A stretch of 64,000 nt of DNA from Cladosporium halotolerans. Taxonomy: Eukaryota. The position numbers were made by a program, and so were the translations under genes. The notes under the pieces were generated by a model. It was not told the DNA's origin. It ran no database searches and worked only from the letters and a program-made list of their open reading frames with translations. The first letter of the stretch is position 1, and every line of letters begins with the position of its first letter. The DNA is taken from contig NW_027191462.1 of the NCBI RefSeq assembly GCF_011745625.1, positions 558,001-622,000 on the forward strand, given 5' to 3'. Below, in pieces: positions 1 to 12,076 of the stretch.

Positions 1-234
1 CTCCTGCGGGTCCGAGAGCACCTCGTACGCCGCCTGCACTTCCGCGAAGGTCTTGGTCGCTTGCTCCTCGTTGCCGAAGTTGCGGTCCGGGTGCAGCTCG
101 AGCGCTTTACGCCGGTAGGCTTTTTTCAGCTCGTCTTCGGTCGCGGTTCGCGCGGCGCCGAGGAGTTCGTAGTAGCTCGTTTTGGCTTCTGGGGCGGGCG
201 CCGCGGGCGAGCTGGAGGATTGCGAGGCGCCCAT
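1..234 (-). CDS. JJJ1: DnaJ/J-domain protein, Jjj1/DNAJC21-like (5' part only, runs off window)
   Basis: Manual translation from ATG 234: MGASQSS...KTSYYELLG...[44 protein letters not shown]. This is a J-domain with the HPD motif. Not in the ORF track. Confidence 0.8.
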   Translation of the reverse strand, partial: MGASQSSSSPAAPAPEAKTSYYELLGAARTATEDELKKAYRRKALELHPDRNFGNEEQATKTFAEVQAAYEVLSDPQE

Positions 235-683
235 GGTCGTGTCGTGTCCTGCCGGCGAGGGCTGGACTCGAGCAGCCGGGCTGGATGTTGGATCGCTTCG
301 CGCTGGCGGCGCAGGCACAGAAGTATGTTTATGACTTGGCGTGCTTGGTGGAGGGGTCCCAGAGATTGGGAGATCAGACTTCGAGCCAGGATCTACCCGC
401 GTGGGCGGCAAAAACGTGGGCCAGAGCCTCATGGCGGCGGCGGTGGCTCGCCAGGCAGCCAGCCGGTTGGACAGCCTCAGGCGAGCCCCGGGGCGTGCGG
501 GGCCTCAGGCCGAGGGCCGGAGGGCGCGCCGGCCGATCTGGCCAATGCGTGCCGGGGCGTCGTGCGCGTTTTCGCCTGGTGGCGAATCACACGGCGCGCA
601 GGCGAGGGCGTGGTGCCGCTGGCGCGCCACGCGGGCCGTGAAGAGAAGGTGGTCGTGTGGCCTCCTACTCCAAGCGTGCCTGG

Positions 684-690
684 TATATAA
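684..690 (+). promoter_or_regulatory. Putative TATA box of SPX-RING gene
   Basis: TATATAA ~200 nt upstream of ATG 883, followed by a pyrimidine-rich leader. Confidence 0.4.
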
Positions 691-882
691 GATCTCACCC
701 GCCCCGACGCTATGCGCAAACTTTGTCGCCCGCCAGAAATTCACGCAACCGGAATGCCGCACCGCGATCAACACATCCCTCCCTGATCAATCTGCACCCC
801 GCGCCACTGTTGGACTGCGTTCCGACCCCACGCCTCCCCCAACGACATCATCACTGCATGAGCTTCGGCCAGTGAAGCCGAC

Positions 883-2337
883 ATGAAGTTTGGGCAGGAG
901 TACGCCGCCGCGCTGGCCAGGGAGGAGTTTCCTCAGCACTGGCTGGCCTCGGCGATCGAATACAAGCAGCTGAAAAAATGCATCAAGAAGGTGCAACGAG
1001 AGCTTATGGACATCGGGCTGGATGCGCCCACGATCGACAAGCTGGCGACATGGCTGCAGGCGCCGGTAGACGAGAAAGCAGCTGAAGGCGAGAAAGCGAA
1101 AGAGTTCGTTTCGATTGCCAAACCAGAGCTTAACACAATTGAGGAGGAGTTTACGCCGCAGCTGAGGGTCCTGGTTGACAGCCGGACCGGAACTCCGCTC
1201 GATGCCACGCTTGCGCCCGAAACGAGGTCGAATCTTGAGAAGCTCGCGAGGAGTGAGATGCTCATTGCTGGCCGCCACGCCGAGCTGGGTCACGCGCTGC
1301 ACCATGTCGACGCTCTTCACTCGCTGCGAAACGACGAGTCGGCTTCGGATGAGTCAGATAAGGATCTGCCGACCGAAACCAAATGGGTGCAGATCCCTCT
1401 GGTATCCGCCAAGCGCTTCTTCGACACGCTGGAGCCTAAGCTGGATGAGCTGAAGGCCCTGAATGAGGCGGAAGAGAAGAAGCTGGAAATGGAAATCCTC
1501 GATCTGGGAGACATGGTGGAGAACGTCACGGAACCAGTCCGCGAAGGTTTCGAGGCCAAGCGAAAGATGAGCTACAGGGATCTTTATTTCTGGCGGGAGA
1601 TGTTCCGACTGTACATGGAGAAGCCTATCTTCTACTCCGAGGCCGAGCGCAATCGAGGCGCGCTGAGCTTTCAGGAGGCGAAGAGCAACCTGGAAGCCTA
1701 CGACAAGCAGCTTAGAGCGACTGGTCTTCTTGCTAAGATGAAGACGCCACTCGCCCAGAAAGCCGCCCAGCGCTTCCTTGACCTAAACGTGGACATCCTT
1801 CGCATCATGCACTTCCAGGAGATGAATGCCCGTGCGATGCGTAAGATTCTCAAGAAGTTTGACAAGCGCACGCATCTCGAAGGTCAGATCTTCATGGCAG
1901 CAGTGCACAAGAAACACGCGGCGCTGCTCGCCTCAGGCAGCAATTCCGGCAGCTCTTTCGCCAACTCAATCGCGCGAGATCTTCAGGCCGAGCTGTCCAC
2001 GAAAGTCCTCGCCATCGTGCCGCAGATAGAAGACTGGACGTGCCCGGTATGCTTGGGCATGGCGTGGCGTCCCGTGAGCCTGGGTTGCTGCCGCTCGGTC
2101 TTCTGCATCCGCTGCATCATCCAGCTGCAAGATCAGAAGATGACCAGATGCCCGTGTTGCAACGCAGAAGCAGTCATGGGCGCAGACGGACGGAACCTTG
2201 ACTTCGAAACGATGGATTTTCTCGAGAAGTACTTCCCCCTCGAGGTGAAAAAGCGACAGAAGGAAAATGAAAGAGCACTGCTGGAGAGGACTTATGGCGA
2301 GGAGTTTGTCAGGCCGCCATCCTGCACGGTCATGTGA
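883..2337 (+). CDS. SPX-domain + RING finger E3 ubiquitin ligase (Pqr1/NLA-like)
   Basis: SPX signatures MKFG..., IEYKQLKKCIKK and RKILKKFDKRT; C-terminal RING CPVC...CC..VFCIRC...CPCC; intronless, 484 aa. Confidence 0.9.
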   Translation: MKFGQEYAAALAREEFPQHWLASAIEYKQLKKCIKKVQRELMDIGLDAPTIDKLATWLQAPVDEKAAEGEKAKEFVSIAKPELNTIEEEFTPQLRVLVDSRTGTPLDATLAPETRSNLEKLARSEMLIAGRHAELGHALHHVDALHSLRNDESASDESDKDLPTETKWVQIPLVSAKRFFDTLEPKLDELKALNEAEEKKLEMEILDLGDMVENVTEPVREGFEAKRKMSYRDLYFWREMFRLYMEKPIFYSEAERNRGALSFQEAKSNLEAYDKQLRATGLLAKMKTPLAQKAAQRFLDLNVDILRIMHFQEMNARAMRKILKKFDKRTHLEGQIFMAAVHKKHAALLASGSNSGSSFANSIARDLQAELSTKVLAIVPQIEDWTCPVCLGMAWRPVSLGCCRSVFCIRCIIQLQDQKMTRCPCCNAEAVMGADGRNLDFETMDFLEKYFPLEVKKRQKENERALLERTYGEEFVRPPSCTVM

Positions 2338-2643
2338 ACACCTTCTAGTTTCACGAGAGCGATTTGAGCGATCGGCGTCATTCCAAAAGGCGCGTCGGAT
2401 TTTCTTGTTTTGCATTTTGAATCACGGCGTTCTCGGCTTTCATGGGCAAGCGGATGATGATGATACCCCCCCACACCCCTAGCCCCGCATACATGAACGC
2501 TGGTCACGTCAACCCAGATAGATATTATGATTAATAATTGACTACTCCATTCTTCATCATTACGGTCAGCCTTCGACCGTTGAACGTTTACCACAGAATC
2601 CATCTTCCAACACACGCACCTACACAATCGACATCATCCCAAA

Positions 2644-3599
2644 ATGGGCACTCATCCAGATTCCAACCTCCACCCCGTCGCCACCGGGCCGGCCAAAGCA
2701 ATCGTAGACGCCCACCAAGCAGAGCAGCCGCTCAAGCTCTACTCAGGCTGGTTGTAAGTCTCCCATCGATCACAGTCAAATCTTCTAGTAACCCAAAAAA
2801 ATAAAAATACAAAAAGTCACAAAATCTACCCACCATCAGTCTCAACATCCCAACCTCGATTCAATCTAACCAACCGCCCAGCTGCCCCTTCGTCCAACGC
2901 ATCTGGTCCATCCTCGAACACAAGCGCATCCCCTACCAATACATCGAAATCAACCCCTACAACAAAGACCCCTCCTTCCTGGCCCTCAACCCCCGCGGCC
3001 TCGTCCCCACCCTCGAAGTCCAATCGCGCGACGGCCACCCCAAACCCCTCTACGAGTCCACCGTCCTCGCCGAGTTCCTCGACGAAGCCTACCCGAACAC
3101 CGGCCCGCGCTTGCTGCCCGAGGATCCCTACGAGAGGGCCAGAGCGAGGATCTGGGTCGGCTTCTGCACGAGCAGACTGGTGCCGGCTTGGCATCGGTTC
3201 TTGCAGTTCCAGCCTACGAGCGACAGAGAGGGGTTGGAGAAGGTCAGGGGGGAGTTCGTCGGCGTGCTGAGGGAGTTCGCCGCCGAGCTGCCTGCGGGTG
3301 GCAAGGGGCCGTTCTTCCACGGCGCGCAGCCGGGGATGGTCGACTTCGTCGTCGCGCCGTGGGTGGTGCGGCTGTGGGTGTTCGAGCACTTCAAGGGCGG
3401 GCTTGAGATTCCGCGCGAGGGCGAGGGGGGCGTTTGGGAGAGGTTCGCGGCCTGGAAGGAGGCGGTTGAGGACCTGAGGAGCGTGCGGGAGACGTTGAGC
3501 GAGAGGGAGTATTATCTGCCGATCTATCAGCGGTATGCGGATGATACGGCGCAGAGCGAGATGGCGAAGGCGTCGAGGGCCGGTAAGGCTGTGCCTTGA
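2644..3599 (+). CDS. Glutathione S-transferase (omega-like), 2 exons
   Basis: Spliced LKLYSGWFCPFVQRIW...IPYQYIEINPY...NPRGLVPTL...YESTVLAEFLDEAYP; intron ~2754-2881 (GTAAGT...CAG); C-terminal GST domain in ORF 3111-3599. Confidence 0.88.
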
Positions 3600-3645
3600 G
3601 GTCGTGATGGAAGCAGTTGTAGGAAGGGTACCAGCGGCTGGGTTG

Positions 3646-3667
3646 CTAGGGTTAGGGTTGGGGTTAG
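3646..3667 (+). repeat. Short interstitial telomere-like repeat (TTAGGG, ~3.5 imperfect units)
   Basis: ctagggttagggttggggttag. Confidence 0.45.
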
Positions 3668-4232
3668 TGCCGCTGGCTGCTCGAGTGACCCATGAACGAA
3701 TTTTGCTGGATTTATGGTATTAAACGTTGAATTGCAACTTCGAGATAAATCAGTGGCATCTCCTTGTGCAATTTTGCCTTCGTGGTCGAGCTCTGTTGCG
3801 AAGAAATTGAATGTTGGTGTCCATCGCATACTGTGGCGTGCACAATCACAAATTGTCAACCCTTCAACGCCGAATACTCTTCAAAACACCACACCTTTCT
3901 ATACATGTTAATCGAGGCACTTTCGAGGTGTTTCAAATGGACAGCCGTATTTAGATTAATAATCAAGGTTCCAACCCTACCATAATTTCATGGAAGGGCA
4001 TGGATACCATGACAGTTTAGACAGTAACGATTAATCCGACATGGTCTAACACTTGAAAGCTCACAGTGGAATGCACTGAAATATCCATTTCTATACATCT
4101 TTCGTTTTAATCAATCATCATCGAACCGCGCCTGTTTCCGGCGAACATCGTCATCTTTCGCCTCCAGCGCCTACGCTCAACGACACAATCATCTCTCTCG
4201 TAACACCATTAAAGCCCGATGTCAAAACAAAT

Positions 4233-5851
4233 CTATGCCTTGACAAGCAGGGAGTGACCAGTCATCTCCTTGGGCTGGTCGAAGCCCATGACCTCAAGGA
4301 CGGTGGGGGCGACGTCGCCGAGCACGCCGTCGGTCTTCTTGAGCGAGTAGCCGGCGGGGGCGTTGGCCATGACGAAGGGGACCTTGTTGAGCGTGTGGGA
4401 GGTCTTGGGGCCCTTCTGCTCGTTGAGCATCTCCTCGGCGTTGCTGTGAAAAAGTCAGTACTTGTTGAGGCGTCTGAGAAGGAAGAGGTGGAAGCTTACC
4501 CGTGGTCAGAGGTGACGAAAAGAGTGTAGCCGTTGGCCTTGCAGGCCTCGTACACCTTGCCAATGGCCTTGTCGGTCTCAGAGACGCCCTCGACGGCAGC
4601 CTCGTACACGCCGGTGTGGCCGACCATGTCGGGCGGGGCGAAGTTGTTCATGACGAACTCGTACTTGCCCTCGCCGATGCGCTCGGCCATCTTCTCGGCC
4701 ACCTGCATGGCGGACATCTTCGGCTGCTTGTCGTAGGTGGCGACCTTGGGCGACGGAATCATGTCGCGGTCCTCGCCGTCGTACTGCACCTCCTGGCCAC
4801 CGTTGAAGAAGAAGGTGACGTGCGCGTACTTCTCAGTCTCGGCGATGTGGGACTGCTTGACGCCCTTCTGAGAGAGCCAGTCGGCGAGAACGTTGTCCAT
4901 GACTTGCGGGGCGAAGGCGACGGGGAAAGTGAAGTCGGTCTTGTAGCGGGTCATGGTGGTGATGTCCATGTTCTGAGGGTAGGGGAAGTCGGGCTTGGGG
5001 CTGCGGTCCTGGTCACCCATGAGCTGGGTGATCTCACGGACACGGTCGGAGCGGTAGTTGAAGAAGAACAGGGTGTCGTTGTCCTGGACACGGGCCTCCT
5101 TGCCGTTGACGATGATGGGCTTGAGGAACTCATCGGTCTCGCCGGCCTCGTAGCGCTGGGCAATGGTTGCGACAGGGTCGCTGGACTCCTCACCCTCGCC
5201 GGTAACGAGACCCTTCATGCCGACCTCGACGCGGTCCCAGCGCTTGTCACGGTCCATGATGTAGTAACGGCCAACAACCGTCGCAACCTTGCCAAGGCCG
5301 ATGTCCTTGGTGAAGGCGAGAAGGTCCTCCATGTGTCCCTTGCCGCTCTTGGGGTCGCAGTCACGGCCGTCACCAAAGAAGTGGATGTAGACCTCGGGGA
5401 CCTTCATCTCCTTGGCGACCTTGAGCAGCGACTTGAGGTGGTTGATGTGCGAGTGCACACCGCCGTCGGAGACCAGGCCAAGCAGGTGCAGTCTGCCGTT
5501 GCCGTCCACGGCGCGCTTGAAGCTCTTGACGACATTCTCGACCTTGTTCATCTCGCCCTTCTTGATCGTCTGGTCGATACGAACGACATCCTGCCACACG
5601 ACTCTGCCGGCACCAATGTTCAAGTGGCCGACCTCGGAGTTGCCCATGAGGCCCTCAGGCAGGCCGACGGCGAGGGAAGAGGCGTCGATCTCGGTGTAGC
5701 CCTGGGCGTTCTTGCTGCCGTCCTTGGCGAAGTCATCCATCCAGGGAGTGTCGGCATTGAGGATGGCGTTGCCCTCAGGCGGGCTGGTGGCGGAGGGAAT
5801 GCCCCATCCGTCGATGCAGATAAGGGCGACCTTCTGGTTGACGTTGACCAT
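4233..5851 (-). CDS. gpmI: 2,3-bisphosphoglycerate-independent phosphoglycerate mutase
   Basis: Motifs IDGWG, GNSEVGH, SDGGVHSH, ETEKYAHVTFF, DMVGHTG, TSDHGN; one intron 4444-4499. Confidence 0.96.
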
Positions 5852-6319
5852 GGTGGCCAAGATGCGGACTGATGGGTGTTAGCAGGCGAACAATAAGCTG
5901 TTATCAGGGGAGAAGAACAACTCACTCTATGTGTATGGTATGTTCCCAAGAGAGGCTTGAGTGAGTGAATGGGGGTCGCGGGGTGGTCGCAAAAATGTTG
6001 AACCCCGCCAAACATCCACGCGCTCGGCCGCTTGTGCGGGCCCTGTCTCCGTCATCAAAGCCACGCGCAGGGCCGAAGACAACACCGCGCCCACTCCGCG
6101 GCTCTGCATCGCATTGGCCTGCATACCAAATTTCGCGCCGGGTGTAAGTGAGGTGTCACGACCACCGCGCCGCTACGCCCGCACGGAGACCTGGAGACCG
6201 CGGCACGAGGAAAATCCGGAGCGCCCCTCTTCGCACGCGAGAACCGCTCCCCGTCCTGCTCCGCGCTCCATCCCTAGATCACCGTCCGCGAGACCCACAC
6301 GCTGTCAATACCACCCGAC

Positions 6320-6739
6320 ATGGCCTTCACGCAGTCCTTCGGCGCGTCCACGACCGACGCGTCTCGGCCTTCTTCGCAGTCGCAGCCCGAACAGGTTCCG
6401 TTGCCGCCGCCGCAGACCTTCGACATCCTTCCTCCTCTCCACGAGCTGCTCGCGCGCATCGACCATGCCCCGAATGATCCCATCCAGGCCGCTACTGGCG
6501 ACGGGGATGTAGTCTCATATGCGGAGCTGCAGCCACTCGAGCCCAAGGATCTGCCGAACGAGGTTGCCGCGATCAAGTCGAGGATTCGCAAAGCTTTGCG
6601 CGAGCTGGAGAAGCTGCCGGACATGGGCCGAACCACAGAGGAGCAGGAGGAAGAGATCAAACTGCTTGAGGAGAAAGCAGTGAAGCAAAGAGAGGTTTTG
6701 CGAAAGCTCGGAGAGGTTGCAGGGAGCAAGATGCGATGA
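6320..6739 (+). CDS. MED9: Mediator complex subunit 9-like (Med9/Cse2)
   Basis: 139 aa with FDILPPLHELL...IKSRIRKALRELEKLPDMGRTTEEQEEEI coiled coil, typical of fungal Med9. Confidence 0.7.
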   Translation: MAFTQSFGASTTDASRPSSQSQPEQVPLPPPQTFDILPPLHELLARIDHAPNDPIQAATGDGDVVSYAELQPLEPKDLPNEVAAIKSRIRKALRELEKLPDMGRTTEEQEEEIKLLEEKAVKQREVLRKLGEVAGSKMR

Positions 6740-7623
6740 AGCAGTCCAATGCACCGAATGACTGCAGGCGAAACCACGTCTCCAAGCAGTGGTATGGGAA
6801 GCTCAAAAGGCAGCGGACGCACGACGTGCTCTGCGCTGCTATCGTGGTCCACTTGACACAACGGGACGTCGGTGCTGCCTATCATATCTCGCCCTCGTAA
6901 ACCCACGGTTCAGTCATTCAGCAGAATGCTGGGCGTTGGTATTTTCGAAGGCCATACGGATTAAGACTGATTACCGCTCACGATTGCCGCGAGCGAGTAT
7001 TTGGAAACATAATGGACCGTGGGTCCTTCTATTCCCCGGGGTATGGTGGTGGCATGCGCGCCACCTCCCCGCCGGCGTGGCCTGGCCCACCCGGAGCTGA
7101 GTGTCGGCTTGTGAACCGGGATGGAGTCCGCTCGAGCACGAAGGACGAATCTTTGGAGGCATTGCAGCTCTGTTGTACGCCTGACTGTGAAGGAATAATC
7201 TCCCTGTCACTTGGAAAAAACCTCAGAAACCGCAGACATGGCCAATACATCTTAGGGCACAATGCAGTAGGTTACCATTGCAGATGGCAGGGCAAGTCCA
7301 TCGCGTTACCCAACGGGGCATATCGCAACCTCGGCCCTAACTCCTCCATCTATCTGCCGATGCAACTACCCACGTTGCGCATGCATGTCAGCGCATGACA
7401 GGCTAGGCGAATTGCGGGGATACCGCACGTCGATCTCTGGGGAACATGGGAGGGAGCAAAGGCTTGTTGTGGATACCTCTTTGCTGGGCATGTTTGCGGG
7501 GAAAAGCATAGCATGCCGGATACTGCTATCAGAGGCATTTAAGTACCGTTTGAAAACAGAGCCTTCTCGTAACTTCGCAAGCATCTCTCCAGCCCTTGGT
7601 CTCATCACCAAAACATTTCCAAG

Positions 7624-9325
7624 ATGGACACTCACGTTGCGGATGACAAGCTCAAAGAGCTCCACGTTGAAGATGCGACTGTCAAGACGAACAATGAGGC
7701 TCTGGATTACGAGATCGATCCTGTAACCGAGAAGAAGCTCTTGCGAAAGATCGATCTTCATGTGGTGCCGATCCTATGGTTCTTGTTCATGTGTGTGCCA
7801 TCTGCTACTGGTAGTTTTGCTGTACAGGCATGCTGACATTGAAACTTCAGGCTCGCCTTCTTAGACAGGACCAACATTGGTACGATGACCCGTGGCTATT
7901 TGTGCACACCTCCTCGACTGACTCGCGACTCTCAGGCAATGCCAGGATTCAAGGCATGACGGAGGACTTGAACATGACTGGCGATGATTACAATGTGGCA
8001 CTGTTCACCTTCTTCATCACGTACATCCTCTTCGAAGTAGGCCTTGCCAACGACGATCCATCATTGAAGGACTCTGCTGACATTGAATCTACCTTTAGGT
8101 CCCGAGCAACATCATCTTAAAGAAGGTCGCTCCGTCCACTTGGTTAGCAGCAATCATGTTCCTGTGGGGCGTCGTAACCGTCGGACAAGGCCTGATCACC
8201 AATCAAGCCGGACTCGTGGCTATGCGACTGTTGCTCGGCCTGTTCGAGGCTGGCTTCTTCCCCGGCTGCGTGTACCTCATCTCGATGTACTACAAGCGCT
8301 ACGAACTCCAGTGGCGACTGAACTTATTCTTCTGCGGAGCTATCCTGGCCGGAGCTTTCAGTGGTCTGCTCGCCTATGCGCTTGCGAAATTGGACGGCCT
8401 GGGTGGACTCGGAGGGTGGAGATGGATCTTCATCATGTTTGTTGGCTTCCTCCGGGTGCGGGAATGTTCAATGCTGACAATCAATAGCGAGGGCATAATC
8501 ACATGCGGCATAGCCGTGATCGCCAAGTGGCTCATCCCAGACTGGCCCGAGACCGCGAAGTTCCTGAACGAAGAAGAACGACGCCTCCTGATCGCACGCC
8601 TGAGCGCCGACGTAGCAGACGCCAAAATGAACCGCCTCGATGGACCCGCACGCAAACGCGTCTTCAGCGACTGGAAGATCTACTGCGGCATCATCATGTA
8701 CATTGGCATCGTCAACACGGGCTATGCCACCAGCTTCTTCACGCCCACCATCATCCGCGAGCTGGGCTATACCGCACAAGCGGCCCAAGTCCGCAGTATT
8801 CCCGTCTTCGTCGTCGCCACAGTCATCTCCCTTGTCGTTGCCTGGACCGCGGACCGCATGCGCCACCGTTTTGCATTCTGCATCCTCGGCATCTGCATCG
8901 CGTCCGTGGGCTACATCATTCTTTTGTGCCAGGACCAGGTCTCGGTTGGCGTACGCTACTTCGCCATCTTTGTCATTGTCAGTGGAGGCTACACTTGCCA
9001 GCCCGTGACATTGGCCTGGATCCAGAACAACATGACCGGCCACTACAAGCGCTCCATCTCCTCCGCCATGATGGTCGGGTTTGGCAACTGCGGCGGCATC
9101 ATCGCCAGCAACATCTTCATTACCAACCAGGCACCGCACTACACTGTCGGCTACGGCACATCGCTGGGTCTCCTGTGGATGTGTGCGGCGGCTTGCGTCG
9201 TGTTACTACTAGGCGTGCGAATGGAGAACAAGAAGAGGGATAGGGGCGAGCGCGACTGGAGGCTGGATACGATCGATGCGGACAATCTGGGCGACGACCA
9301 CCCTCATTTCAGGTTTACATACTAA
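7624..9325 (+). CDS. MFS transporter, anion:cation symporter family (Dal5/Tna1-like), multi-intron
   Basis: LLRKIDLHVVP, LDRTNIGNARI, EVPSN, RLLLGLFEAGFFPG, GWRWIFI, HPHFRFTY; ~4 introns. Confidence 0.92.
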
Positions 9326-9464
9326 CCTGCAACAAGATGCCCGGTCTCTTCAACAAGGGCATGTCTATCGCTACGACAAACCGAAGGTCCTCAGGGTATA
9401 TTCAATCTACTTCACACTCAACACAGCAACATTAGATGCTCAAATCAAAGCCACTCGCGTGCGC

Positions 9465-9995
9465 CTAGGCCTCCCATGTCGTCTCAACATTCCTCCCTCC
9501 TGAACTCATCCTCTTTTTATACGCGTCCACAATCCTCTGCTCCTCTTCCGGCTCAAGTACGATTCCAAACTCGAACACAGACCGCACCGATTCGCGATGG
9601 AGACAATCCCGCCAGAGCGACGGCTCTTCCGGGCTGTGGCGGTGCTTTTTGTTGGGACGCTTTGGCTTGTTCGGGACGACTTGGTGTCTGCTTGATGTGC
9701 TGGCTGTGGCGCGGTTTTCGGGGCTGCTGATGACGGGCAGGTTGGCGTAGCTGATTGCTCGGCGGAGGAGGGAGCCGCTGTCGGGATTGGAGCTCGAACT
9801 AGAGCTTGCGATGGAACTCGAGGTGGCGTTGGATGGTCCTGCGGCGACTTCGTCCTCTTCTTCGGTATCGCTGGGAGTGGCGGAGTAGCTCAGAGGAGAG
9901 CGGGCGGTTATCGATGGGGCTTGCGAGAGGGCTAGGTTGGCCATGTAGGCCCAGATTCTGATATCCCGCTGGGATGTTGATGTTGATCCGGACAT
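9465..9995 (-). CDS. Hypothetical Ser-rich protein
   Basis: 176 aa ATG-initiated ORF filling the gap between genes; no recognisable domain. Confidence 0.45.
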   Translation of the reverse strand: MSGSTSTSQRDIRIWAYMANLALSQAPSITARSPLSYSATPSDTEEEDEVAAGPSNATSSSIASSSSSSNPDSGSLLRRAISYANLPVISSPENRATASTSSRHQVVPNKPKRPNKKHRHSPEEPSLWRDCLHRESVRSVFEFGIVLEPEEEQRIVDAYKKRMSSGGRNVETTWEA

Positions 9996-10370
9996 GACGC
10001 CTGGTAGGATAGTATGATGGATTTCAAGTCAGAGTGTGGATTGTATGATATGCTGGATCTTGCAGAGCCTGTGAATGAAGGCGAATCGATGGACTTAGAT
10101 GCGATGCAGGTCTCATGTGGATGGGTTGACGATGCATGATGGATGGAATTCAACTCCAATGTTCGGTACTTGAAAGATGGAAGCAGTATTCACTCTAGTC
10201 AATGCTATTGACTTTGAAAGCGTCGCTGTCATCGATGAATGCAAGGGCTTCATTGGACCTACAGTTCGTCGCACCCATCCTATAGGCATCGCCTTATATT
10301 CAGGCTGACTCATCTCAACCAACCAACAAAGCTTATGCATAAAGAATCCCAAGACTTCGTTCAGACATCC

Positions 10371-12076
10371 CTAAGCCGGCACAGCCCCATCACACTTCCC
10401 TTCCAGCCCCGCAATACTCACATCCTTCGCCGCGACCCCGTCGCCAAACTCCCTCACCGTCGCCTCGCCAACAGCCTCATACTCCTTCCACCCCTCACTC
10501 TGCAAGCCGCGCACACCCTCCCTCGCGAACGCAACCCAAGCATCCTGCATCGCATGGCTGGTCTCATACTCCAGCTCCGTGGACTCGCCCCTGAAATTCG
10601 GGTGAGTGCCGAACAGCATCGGCAGCTCGGCGCTGTGGAATGCGCCCAGCCACGGTGCAGGCGATAGATTCGTCCAGTTGCCTGCGTACAGGTAGCGGTA
10701 GGTGTCGAGGCCAGTTTGCTGGCGAAGACGCGCGGATTCGGTTGCCGGGCAGAAGAAGGTGCGCAGGAGGCCTTGTTCGGCGAGCGCGGGGTCGGGGCCG
10801 GAGGGGTCGTAGGGCGCGAAGGGAACGCCGTCTTCGGTGTTGGTGCCGATTATGGCGGGCTGGGAAGGTAGGTATTAGTGAATGTTGGGGAAGGGGGTTG
10901 GGGTGGTCTGGTGATGGGGAACTCACGATTTTGGCTTGCTTTCCTTGGAGCATGCGCTCGCTGTAGTTGGAGAAGACGACCTTGTCATCCACGACGGGTC
11001 GGAATCCAAGTGCGGGTTGCTGAGCGCTCTTCGCGTACGTCGCGATGAAGTCGTTGATCTTGTCGGCGTCAACACCTCGCATGCACGATAGCCTGCCAGA
11101 CGCGTCGTCGTCGAAGCCGCCGCACCCGACGTTCTCAGCGACGAAAGTGAAGTTCGACTGTGCGGTGTCCGCGCTGGTTAGCGCCGACAGACTCGTTCCG
11201 GAGTCGAGAGACATGCCGGCTGCGATCGGGTCTTCTGGGTAAGTGAAGCTGTAGTAATCCACGCTGATGGACCCGGCCGATTGGCCCCAGATGACGATGC
11301 GGCTAGGGTCGCCACCAAAAGCCGCAATGTTGTCCCTAGTCCATTCAACGGCAGCACGCTGGTCGAGAAGGCCCACGTTCTGGTCCTCGAGCCCGGGAGC
11401 ATTGGGGTGGCCGAAGATGTTTACGCGATAGTTGAAGGACACGACAATGTGATCTTGAGTGCGCTGGACCATTTGCGTGGGGATCTGGGCGGGCACGTCC
11501 ATGCCACCGGTGCCTTGAGTATCTCGTCAGTACGCTACCATTGTGTTTTCCCAGATGAGACTCACTGAATCCTCCGCCATAAAAGTAGACCAGAACAGGC
11601 AAAGTCTCAGCTTTACCTCCACGACCATGTTCCTTTCCTCTTCCCCTGCCACGACCACGGTGCCCTCCCTTGTTCGGGGCCCAAACGCTGAGCCTCAAGC
11701 AGTCCTCGCTGATGTCGCCAGTGCGATTCAGACCCTGCAGATTGTACTCCAGGACCTGGTTCAAATACACCGAGCTCGCGTTCGTGTTAAGGAATTGCAT
11801 GCAGCTTGGGCCCAGCTCCTTGGCTTCGACATCTTGATCTGGCTGGGATAAAGGCTGAGGTGCAGCCCAGCGCAAATCTCCCGTCGGTGGATGCGCGAAT
11901 GGGATGCCTAAGAATTGACGGACGTCTGGCTCCGTGGTATCTATCTTGCCGTGGACGCGGCCGGAGCTGGTTTGGACGGTCAAGTCATCGTTGCCAGGAG
12001 GACCGTGGCCACCGTAAGTTGGCGGATGAGCGGCCGCTGAGGCTAACAGAGTGAATAGTGGTAACCTGGCGAGCAT
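10371..12076 (-). CDS. Secreted type-B carboxylesterase (COesterase family)
   Basis: Signal peptide, FLGIPFA, SEDCL, YGGGF, NYR, catalytic GQSAG, GAFHSAEL; 2 introns. Confidence 0.92.

Noticed and set aside
4233..5851. Bacterial-type iPGM as recent horizontal transfer
   Set aside because: Cofactor-independent PGM is the normal enzyme in filamentous ascomycetes; the gene has an intron and host-like codon bias.
4502..5872. Long antisense/alternate-frame ORFs (also 23876-25045, 8503-9243, 56768-57634 and others)
   Set aside because: Shadows of GC3-rich real genes with no recognisable protein features.
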